Shown here piece after piece: positions 46,216-54,404 of a stretch of DNA of 63,488 nt. Source of the stretch: Candidatus Hydrogenedentota bacterium (GTDB taxonomy: Bacteria; Hydrogenedentota; Hydrogenedentia; Hydrogenedentales; SLHB01); the NCBI GenBank assembly GCA_029974275.1, contig JARKSN010000035.1:1-63488 (forward strand). Direction: 5' to 3'. The translations under genes were made by a program, and so were the position numbers. Within the stretch, counting starts at the first letter, position 1, and each line of letters starts with the position of its first letter. The notes under the pieces were generated by a model. It had not been told where the DNA came from. It did no database searches and saw only the letters and a program-made list of their open reading frames with translations.

Positions 46216-49200
46216 ATGAAACGGTTTTTGGGGATGACGATGGCGGCGGTCTTGACGTGCGCGTTGGTCATGGTGTGTCCGGGCGCGTGGGCGCAGGACG
46301 CCGCTCAGGTGGAGAAGGCGGTGGCGGCCGTTCCGAGTGCGGCGCGCGTGAAACCGGATCAGCCGCGCAAGGTGCTTATCTTTACGCTGTGCAATGGCTT
46401 TCCACACAGTTCTGTGGCGCTGGGCGCCAAGGCCATCGAAGCCATGGGCCAGAAGACCGGTGCCTTTGAATCGGTCATTAGTGACGACATCTCGATGTTC
46501 GAGCCGGACAAACTCAAGCAGTTCGACGCGGTCGTCATGGACAACACGACGGGCGAATTGTTCACGCCGAAGGACTTCGACAAGCTCACGCCGGAGCAGC
46601 AGAAGGCCGCGCAAGATCGCGAGGCCGCGCTGAAAGCGAGTTTCCTCGACTTTGTGAAAAGCGGCAAAGGCCTTGTGGGCATTCACGCCGCAACGGACTG
46701 TTTCTACAAATGGGCTGAATACGGCGAAATGATGGGCGGCTATTTCAGCGGCCACCCGTGGCACGAACCGGTCGGGATCAAGATCGACGACCCGGCCCAT
46801 CCCGTCAACGCCGCTTTCATGGGCCTTCCCTTCACGATTACCGACGAGATCTACCAGTTCCGGGAGCCATACTCGCGCGACAAACTCCGCATCCTTCTCA
46901 GTCTTGACGTCAACAAAATCGACATGACCAAGGACTCGATCAATCGTGCGGACAAGGATTTTGCAGTGTCATGGGTGAACACCTATGGCAAGGGCCGCAT
47001 CTTCTATTGTTCGTTGGGGCATCGGGAAGAGATTTTCTGGAACGCGATGATCCTGCAGCATTATTTGGACGGCATTCAGTACGCCCTGGGCGATCTTCCC
47101 GGCGACGCCACGCCGAGCGCCCAATTGGCCAAGGACTACGCAGAAAATACGCCGGTTGCCGTGGATTCCACCCTCGTGGCCTCGATCGTGAAGTCGTGCG
47201 CGACGGTCAAGTACGGCGAATCGCCCTCGAGTCTCGATTGGCTGAATAGTGCCGTGACCGCGTCCGTCACCGCACCCGCGCCGCGCGCCATCTTGGCGAC
47301 AGCTATCGCGGAAGCCATGCTTGCCTCCGACACCACGCCTGCCGGGCGCGCGTTCCTGGCGCGTCGGTTGGAGTACATCGCCACAGACGCACAGATTCCT
47401 GCGTTGTCGAAGTTGGTCATGCGTTCGGACAAAGAGACGGTCGACCTAGCTCGTATCGTCCTCGAACGCATGGAGTCTCCGGCTGCCGAGAAAACATTGC
47501 TCAAAGCGTTCAAGAAGAGCGATGGCGCCGCAAAAGCAGGAATTGCCGCCAGCCTTGGGGCACGCAAAAGCGCGGCGGCCGTCAGCGCTCTTGCGCGCGC
47601 CAGCCGGGACAAAAACATCGACATCGCCCAGGCGGCCTGCAACGCCCTCGGCCAAATCGGCGGCAAGAAGGCCATGAAACCCCTCGGAAAGCTGGCGAAG
47701 AGCGGCCCCGATGCCATTCAAGCAGCAGCAGCCGACGCATACTTGCGCTGCGCTGACGCTCTCCTCGCTGACGACGACAAAGCCGATGCGGCCAAGGCGT
47801 ACCAGTTTGTCTACAATCTGCCGAAAGCGAACGCCGCCGTAAAAGAGGCCGCGTTCCGCGGCGTCGTGCTAACGGATGCCAATGGGCTCCAGTTGGTCAT
47901 TGATGCGCTAGCGGGTGCGGATCCACGCCGACGAACCATCGCGACAGGGCTTGTCAGCGAAATTCCCGGTGGCGAAACCGCTACAAAAGCCCTGGCCGCT
48001 CAGTTCACGAAGCTTGCGCCTGAAGCCAAGGCCGCATTGATTGAAGCGCTGTCGGTGCGCGGCGACAAATCGGTAGTGCCCGATGTGGCAGCACAGGCAT
48101 CTGCTGCCGAAGAAGAGGTGCGCACTGCGGTATGGCGCGCCCTAGCCCGATTTGGCGGGGCCAACGAAGTGCCCGTCATCGCCCAAGGCGCCGCGTTCGC
48201 CAAGAGCCGCACGGAACGTGACGTCGCCCGCCTCGCGTTGGACAGCATGCTGGGCACTCCGGTCGAAGCGGCCATTATTGCCGGACTCGACACGGCAGAT
48301 CCCAAGACGCGCGCCGAACTGCTCCGATCCATTGGCGCACGGCACGTTGTCAGTGCACTGCCGGTCGTCCGCAAGAGCATCGAAAACGACCCTGAAGAAC
48401 GGGTGCGCATCGAAGCGTTGCGTTCGTACGCATTGCTTGCCACGACGGATCAGACCCCGGACGCTGTGGCGTACGTCATCAAGGCTCGGACCGATGCCGA
48501 ACGCGCGGAAGCCTGCCGCACCCTCATCGTGTTGGCTAATTTGCCCAAGAAGATGCCTGCAGGCAGGGCAATGATGGCGCCAGTGCTGGAAGGCATCCAG
48601 ACGACGCAGGACGCCAAGGCGCTGGCCGCCCTGTTTTCTACACTGCCCGACCTTGGCTCGCCGGAAGGATTGCCCGTGTTGAAAAAAGCTTTAGCCAGCA
48701 AGGATGCCGTGTTGCACGAGGCGGCGGCCCGCGCGTTGGCGGCATGGCCGACGGCCACTCCGCTGGACGCGGTGCTGGGCGTCGCGCGTTCGGACAAGGA
48801 TGAGGTGCTGCGGGTTGTCGCGACGCGTGGCGTGATTCGCATGTTGCCGCTTCCGTCCGGCAGAACGACCGCTACGACACTCGCGCTCGTGAAAGAACTC
48901 ATGACGCTAGCGCAGTCCGTGGACGACAAGAGGGGCGTGATTGCGGGTTTGGCGAACGAGCACCATCCTGATTTGATCGCGTTTGTCGAACGGTATGTCG
49001 GCGATCCCGATCTCAAAGCGGATGCGGAGCATGTGTTGCCGAAAATGAAATCCGATGCGATGGTGGCGACGGCCTCTTGTCTTCCGGAACGCGCCGGAAT
49101 GGCGATCGACGACGATGTCAAGACGTGCTGGATCACCGACGGCGATCAGCGCGGCGGCGAATGGTTCATGGTTGATCTCGGCTGGCCCAAGAAGGTGTCG

Positions 49201-49434
49201 AAGGTGATCGTGAACACCGGCATTTCGGCGAATGAATATCCACATGGATGGGAGTTGTACGTTGGCAATAACCCCGAGGATTTCGGCAAGCCGGTCGCCT
49301 CGGACTCGGATGGCAAGTTGTTGCTCGAGATCGCCATCAAGCCGACGATGGGCCGCTACGTGAAGATCGTGCAGAAGGGCCAGATATCGGGTCATGGATG
49401 GTACATTTGCGATTTCAAAGTCGAGACCCAATAG
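46216..49434 (+). CDS. Secreted ThuA-domain, HEAT-repeat, discoidin (F5/8 type C) protein
   Basis: Signal peptide; ThuA motifs GFPHSS, GIHAATD, DEIYQF, YGKGRIFYCSLGH; long HEAT region; C-terminal WFMVDLG..RYVKI; AGGAG RBS. Confidence 0.9.
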   Translation: MKRFLGMTMAAVLTCALVMVCPGAWAQDAAQVEKAVAAVPSAARVKPDQPRKVLIFTLCNGFPHSSVALGAKAIEAMGQKTGAFESVISDDISMFEPDKLKQFDAVVMDNTTGELFTPKDFDKLTPEQQKAAQDREAALKASFLDFVKSGKGLVGIHAATDCFYKWAEYGEMMGGYFSGHPWHEPVGIKIDDPAHPVNAAFMGLPFTITDEIYQFREPYSRDKLRILLSLDVNKIDMTKDSINRADKDFAVSWVNTYGKGRIFYCSLGHREEIFWNAMILQHYLDGIQYALGDLPGDATPSAQLAKDYAENTPVAVDSTLVASIVKSCATVKYGESPSSLDWLNSAVTASVTAPAPRAILATAIAEAMLASDTTPAGRAFLARRLEYIATDAQIPALSKLVMRSDKETVDLARIVLERMESPAAEKTLLKAFKKSDGAAKAGIAASLGARKSAAAVSALARASRDKNIDIAQAACNALGQIGGKKAMKPLGKLAKSGPDAIQAAAADAYLRCADALLADDDKADAAKAYQFVYNLPKANAAVKEAAFRGVVLTDANGLQLVIDALAGADPRRRTIATGLVSEIPGGETATKALAAQFTKLAPEAKAALIEALSVRGDKSVVPDVAAQASAAEEEVRTAVWRALARFGGANEVPVIAQGAAFAKSRTERDVARLALDSMLGTPVEAAIIAGLDTADPKTRAELLRSIGARHVVSALPVVRKSIENDPEERVRIEALRSYALLATTDQTPDAVAYVIKARTDAERAEACRTLIVLANLPKKMPAGRAMMAPVLEGIQTTQDAKALAALFSTLPDLGSPEGLPVLKKALASKDAVLHEAAARALAAWPTATPLDAVLGVARSDKDEVLRVVATRGVIRMLPLPSGRTTATTLALVKELMTLAQSVDDKRGVIAGLANEHHPDLIAFVERYVGDPDLKADAEHVLPKMKSDAMVATASCLPERAGMAIDDDVKTCWITDGDQRGGEWFMVDLGWPKKVSKVIVNTGISANEYPHGWELYVGNNPEDFGKPVASDSDGKLLLEIAIKPTMGRYVKIVQKGQISGHGWYICDFKVETQ

Positions 49435-49448
49435 CCCTGTAACTGCGT

Positions 49449-49497
49449 AGGGGCGTGGGGCATGCGATCCCGCGCCCTGTTTCGCATTTGGTTTTTG
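49449..49497 (+). terminator. Probable intrinsic terminator
   Basis: GGGCGTGGG / CCCGCGCCC stem followed by T-rich tract after stop at 49434. Confidence 0.55.
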
Positions 49498-49514
49498 TGG
49501 GGCCGATTTTTCAT

Positions 49515-50177
49515 ATGCGGTCCCGTGGCAAATGGAGATACTCTTTGGCGTTTCGCAGGGGCATATGGGGCGATTGGGCCGTGGCCTTGGGCATGTGGTC
49601 ATGCCTGGGATTCGCTTTGGGCTGGTATCAATCCTTCACAACGTACGGTTCCCGTGGATGGCCCCTCCCCATGATCGAGCCCATGGCGGGCAAGTTCCTA
49701 TATCTATTTGCCGTCTCCTCCGTGCCGCATGGGTTCAAGACCTTTCTTTGGATACTGGCCTATCCCGTCGCGGGGGTCATGTGGGCCATTTTGTTGTGCG
49801 TCACAGCCCCGGCGTTCAAGCAGGCTCCGCCCCGTTTTTGCGATGCGCTGCGCGACTTGGCGTGGGCTTCATCGCCGGTTGTTCTTCTGGGACTTGCCGT
49901 AACCGGGACCGCGTGGATCGGGCGTTGGGGATTTTGGTGGGATGTTCCGGAGTTCATCGGGTGGCCGCTTCGGCCGTCTTCGCCGTGGCCTTGGCTTGGG
50001 CTGGTTTATGGGATCGCGGGGGGGATTGGATTGAGCATCCAGCTTGCGACGCTGTGGTTCTGGTCGGACCGGCGCCTTCGCCACTACCTGGGCTACTTGC
50101 TTCTGAACGTTTTCTTGCTCCTCGTCAGTTGTTCAGGGCTTGGCGCTCTTGCAGCATGGATCATCGTCATCGTGTAA
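49515..50177 (+). CDS. Hypothetical multi-pass membrane protein
   Basis: Several Trp-rich hydrophobic segments; fills the gap before convergent fabI; start uncertain. Confidence 0.65.
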   Translation: MRSRGKWRYSLAFRRGIWGDWAVALGMWSCLGFALGWYQSFTTYGSRGWPLPMIEPMAGKFLYLFAVSSVPHGFKTFLWILAYPVAGVMWAILLCVTAPAFKQAPPRFCDALRDLAWASSPVVLLGLAVTGTAWIGRWGFWWDVPEFIGWPLRPSSPWPWLGLVYGIAGGIGLSIQLATLWFWSDRRLRHYLGYLLLNVFLLLVSCSGLGALAAWIIVIV

Positions 50178-50185
50178 AATGCGGG

Positions 50186-50980
50186 CTATTCTGCGTTTAC
50201 GTCGCCCAATCCGTACATGCCGAGAATATGGTACCCCGCATCGACGTGGACGACCTCGCCGGTGACGCCAGAGGCGAGATCGGACAGCAGGTACAAGGCC
50301 GTTTTTGCGGCTTCGTCTTGCGTGACGTTGCGGCGCAACGGCGCATGGCGCTGCGTCACCTCCAGCATGGCCCACAGACCCGAAATCGCGCTGGCGGACA
50401 GGGTTTTGAGCGGCCCTGGACTTACGCAGTTCACGCGGATGTTTTTGGGGCCGAGGTCCGCCGCCAGATAGCGCGCCGCCGCTTCCAGCGCGGCTTTCGC
50501 GACGCCCATGATGTTGTAATTCGGCAGGGCCTTTTCCGATCCGTAATAGGTCATCGTGAGGATGCTGCCGCCGTTGGGCATTAGCGCCGCGGCCGCGCGG
50601 GAAACCGCCACAAAGGAATAGGCGGAGATATCGAGCGCCATCGCGAAATTCGAGCGCGACGTATCCACGAACTTTCCGACCAAATCTTGCCGGTCCGCAT
50701 ACGCAACGGAATGCACGACAAAATCGATCTGTCCCCAGACCTTCGCGGCGAAGTCGAAAAACGCGGCGATCTCCTCGTCTTTCGAGACATCGCAGGGAAA
50801 CACGTGTGCGTCTGGAATCTCCTCGATGAGTTTGCGCACGCGCCGCTCTTGCGATTCGCCAAGATAATTCAGGAGCAACGCGGCGCCCTCCGCGGCGCAC
50901 GCTTTCGCGCATGCCCACGCGATGGAATGCTCGTTCGCCACGCCCAATATGACGCCGCGTTTTCCGTTCAACAAACTCAT
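50186..50980 (-). CDS. fabI: Enoyl-ACP reductase
   Basis: GVANEHSIAW, DISAYS, TYYG, YNIMGVAKAALE, GPLKTL. Confidence 0.95.
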   Translation of the reverse strand: MSLLNGKRGVILGVANEHSIAWACAKACAAEGAALLLNYLGESQERRVRKLIEEIPDAHVFPCDVSKDEEIAAFFDFAAKVWGQIDFVVHSVAYADRQDLVGKFVDTSRSNFAMALDISAYSFVAVSRAAAALMPNGGSILTMTYYGSEKALPNYNIMGVAKAALEAAARYLAADLGPKNIRVNCVSPGPLKTLSASAISGLWAMLEVTQRHAPLRRNVTQDEAAKTALYLLSDLASGVTGEVVHVDAGYHILGMYGLGDVNAE

Positions 50981-51191
50981 GCCGCCATCTCCTATGTTTG
51001 GCGCGCCCGTGCGCAAAGAGACCCTTGGGATGCCGTTGGGCGTTGCTGGGTCCTGCCCCCCACGAGAAGGAAACAGGCTGGCCCTTCCTTACATTCCAGG
51101 CGATCATCCGTGCGCGTTCCGCAGGCGCGTACGGATGAGATGGATGCCCCCCCTGGCGCGGATAGGCTGGATTCAAGGAGGAGCCGTCGCG

Positions 51192-52118
51192 CTAGGTCTC
51201 CAACAGCTTTGCGGGCAGGTTGAAATGGACGCTTTCCTCGATGCCGCCGCTTTCGATGATCTCGCATGGCCCGCGCGATTTCAAATGCGCGATCACGTCT
51301 TCCACCAAATGTTCCGGGGCGGAAGCGCCCGCGGTGATGAGCGCCGTTTCCACGCCTTCCAACCAAGATTCGTCGATTTGGGCAGCGTCGCTGATAAGGT
51401 AAGCGGGCTTTCCCTTTGCGCGGCAAATGGCGGCGAGACGGTTTGAATTCGCGCTCTCGCGATCGCCGACCACCAACACCAGCTCGGCTTGCGGCGAGAG
51501 ACGGTTCACCGCATTTTGCCGGTTTGTCGTGGCATAGCAAATGTCTGCCTTGGCCGGCGCGGTGATGTTCGGAAACTTTGCGCGCAACGCGTCAATGACC
51601 TGTTGGCAGTCTTCGATGCTGAGCGTGGTTTGGGTGATATATGCGACTTTTTCCGGGTTTTTCACTTCCAGAAGGGCCACGTCCTCGGCAGTCATGACCC
51701 GCTGAATGCTTTCCAGGGCCCATCCCATCGTTCCTACGGTCTCGTCATGTCCAGCCTCGCCGATCAAAACAATGGAGTATCCCTTGGCGGCAAACCGGCG
51801 CGCCTCGTTGTGCACTTTTTCGACCAATGGGCAGGTCGCGTCAATTACGTCCATGCCATGTTTTTCGGCCAGTTCGTAACGGTCCGGCCCAACGCCATGC
51901 GCGCTGAACAACAGATGTGCGCCGCGCGGCACTTCAGACAGGTCTTTGACGAAAACAGCCCCTTTTGCCCGCAACTCCCGAACAATATAGGAGTTGTGGA
52001 CGATATCGTTCAGGATATAGACTGGAGCGCCGTAACGTTCCAAGGCTTGCTCGACGCATTTGATGGCGCGTTCCACGCCCGCGCAGAATCCGCGCGGATT
52101 CGCCAGGATGATTTTCAT
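51192..52118 (-). CDS. ispH: 4-hydroxy-3-methylbut-2-enyl diphosphate reductase
   Basis: RGFCAGVERA, SAHGV, DATCPLV, TQTTLS, DICYAT, TAGASAP. Confidence 0.97.
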   Translation of the reverse strand: MKIILANPRGFCAGVERAIKCVEQALERYGAPVYILNDIVHNSYIVRELRAKGAVFVKDLSEVPRGAHLLFSAHGVGPDRYELAEKHGMDVIDATCPLVEKVHNEARRFAAKGYSIVLIGEAGHDETVGTMGWALESIQRVMTAEDVALLEVKNPEKVAYITQTTLSIEDCQQVIDALRAKFPNITAPAKADICYATTNRQNAVNRLSPQAELVLVVGDRESANSNRLAAICRAKGKPAYLISDAAQIDESWLEGVETALITAGASAPEHLVEDVIAHLKSRGPCEIIESGGIEESVHFNLPAKLLET

Positions 52119-52365
52119 GCAGCCTCCGCCATGCAAAAGCAGGCATTTGCCTGCCGCCAATGCGAACCCGCGGCAACACCGCAGGCGCAACCTGAAAATG
52201 CCGCCCAGACAGAGGCGGCGCGCGTGTTCGGGCCCGAGGATAGCACATTCATCTTCGATCTGCGATCCGAGGCGTTCTCTGCGCCTTGTAACGCGATGGC
52301 CGGAAAACACGACGTTGCATCATGCCGGCATCCCTTCCCAGGAAGTGGCTTGCGGGCGAAACATC

Positions 52366-53343
52366 CTACCGCTCCGCGTCTGTCTGAGGACCGCGCTCGC
52401 GCAAATCCGCGATCACTGCGTCCAAAATCGCGTCCAACATCGTGGATGGCTTGTATCCAATCGCTCGGTGGATTTTCTCCAAGCCGGGTTCCCGGTGGCG
52501 CATGTCCTCGTAGCCAGGGCCGTAGGCTTGGTCATAGGGGACGTATTTTATGGCAGAGGCGCTGTTGGTTTTTTCGATGACCCGGCGCGCCAAGGCTTCG
52601 ATGGTGACGCCTTGGGGACTGCCGATGTTGAACACCTCGCCGCAGATGTCCTTGCGCTCCATCAGGGTGATCAGCGCGGGCACCACGTCGCCGACGTACG
52701 TGAAGCACCTCGTTTGTTGTCCGTCGCCGTAGACGGTCAGCGGTTCGCCGCACAAAGCCTGCCGGACGAATCGCGGGATAACCATGCCGTATCGGCCCGT
52801 TTGCCGGGGGCCCACCGTGTTGAACAGGCGGACAATGACGCTTGGGTGACGTTTTTCCTGCCAATAGCCGAGAGCGAGAAATTCGTCGATGGCCTTGGAT
52901 TCGGCATAGCACCACCGCGTGAGGCTGGTGGGGCCCATCACGCGATCGTCGTCCTCTTGGAAGACCTTGCGCGAGCCGCGGCCGTAGACTTCGCTCGTCG
53001 AGGTGATGAGCAAGCGGCGACGATACCGGCAGGTTTCTTCAAGGATGGTTTCGGTGCCGCGGATGTTGTTGATGATGGTGCGCACCGGGTCATCGACCAC
53101 GAGTTGCACGCCCACGGTTGCGGCGAGATGGTAGACCACATCCACGTCGCGGACCAAATCGCGGACGATTTCCTGGTTCAAGGTGGAGTCGATGACGCAC
53201 GTCAGCGCCGGAATGTGCTCAATGTTTTCGAAGCGTCCCGTGCTGAGGTCATCCAACACAAACACTTGGTTGCCCTGGCGAACCAACGCCTCACACAAGT
53301 GCGACCCGATGAATCCTGCGCCGCCTGTCACTAATACGCGCAT
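52366..53343 (-). CDS. NAD-dependent nucleotide-sugar epimerase/decarboxylase (SDR)
   Basis: TGGAGFIG, STSEVYG, RWCYAESK, RLFNTVGPR. Confidence 0.92.
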   Translation of the reverse strand: MRVLVTGGAGFIGSHLCEALVRQGNQVFVLDDLSTGRFENIEHIPALTCVIDSTLNQEIVRDLVRDVDVVYHLAATVGVQLVVDDPVRTIINNIRGTETILEETCRYRRRLLITSTSEVYGRGSRKVFQEDDDRVMGPTSLTRWCYAESKAIDEFLALGYWQEKRHPSVIVRLFNTVGPRQTGRYGMVIPRFVRQALCGEPLTVYGDGQQTRCFTYVGDVVPALITLMERKDICGEVFNIGSPQGVTIEALARRVIEKTNSASAIKYVPYDQAYGPGYEDMRHREPGLEKIHRAIGYKPSTMLDAILDAVIADLRERGPQTDAER

Positions 53344-53556
53344 GTAGCCACCCCTTCCTTGCCGACGGTTGTTGATTTACCCGTGAGTATACGGCGAAAG
53401 CGGTGGGGAAGGTCAAACGAATAGCGGGGCGCGGCGAAAATACGGACGGGAGTATCGCCTCCTGGCGGATCGGCGTGGGCGGTCTGATGGGGGCAGGCAT
53501 ACCGTACGGTAAGTAATCCAGATAATAGAAGTAATTATTAGCACCGAAATTAGGTA

Positions 53557-53586
53557 TTGACATATTCCCCTGGGAACGGCTATCCT
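53557..53586 (+). promoter_or_regulatory. Sigma70-type promoter of the cold-shock gene
   Basis: TTGACA (53557-53562), 18-nt spacer, TATCCT (53581-53586); AT-rich UP-like tract upstream. Confidence 0.65.
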
Positions 53587-53671
53587 GCTTATGGCTGATG
53601 GCAGGGGCCGATGCGTTTGGACGTAGCGGTGTGGCGACGAAACCGAAGGCCCCATGACGGGAGGTTGTGAG

Positions 53672-53911
53672 GTGAGTCAGCAGACAATGGAAAAGGCTCA
53701 GCAGGGGCGCGTGAAGTGGTTTAACGATCAAAAGGGCTACGGGTTTATCGTGCGGGAGTCGCAGCCGGATGTGGATGTGTTTGTGCATCATTCGGCAATC
53801 AAGATGGATGGATTTCGGACGCTGCGCGAGGGCGATGCGGTGTATTTTGAGTTGGTGGAGAGTTCGAAGGGGCTTCAGGCGGTCAACGTGACGCCACACG
53901 CGCAGTCTTGA
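53672..53911 (+). CDS. Cold-shock domain protein
   Basis: [24 protein letters not shown]; start GTG 53672 after GGAGG, or ATG 53687. Confidence 0.95.
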   Translation: MSQQTMEKAQQGRVKWFNDQKGYGFIVRESQPDVDVFVHHSAIKMDGFRTLREGDAVYFELVESSKGLQAVNVTPHAQS

Positions 53912-54404
53912 GAGATATCCATAGTTGTCGGTTGTTTTGTCGCCCGTAGGGCGTAAGGGTGGTGTTTTGCCTGCACGACGGAAATCGGGCCCATCGCAGG
54001 CAGGCTGTGTTCCCCCGATTTTTTGTCCCGCATGCATCCGTTTTTCTCTGTGCAGCTTTCTATTCCATACATATCCCCTTTACGGAAACGATGAAACGCC
54101 CTTCCCGCCGCCCAAGAACAGAGCGACCGACACGCCCGGCACAGATGTCGGGGAATAAAGAGATCGACGGCGGCCATTCTCAATCCACAGGTTGGCGCGG
54201 TGTTTTGCGACGATGTCCTGGATGTGACAGCATTGATTCGTCGCGTTGTGCCTTGGCATGATTCCTCCGGTTCTTCTGTTTTCTGCTCCTTCGTTCGTGT
54301 TTTCAGGAGAGCAGGGGGACGGCATGGATGCCCGCATGATGGCGGCGTTTACTGAACGAGGAATCGCGCTGAGTCTATCCAGGCGCGAGAACGGGAGGTC
54401 GTGG

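Noticed and set aside
53875..54072. Second minus-strand small ORF (MYGIESC...)
   Set aside because: SD too close to the ATG and overlaps the 3' end of the cold-shock gene
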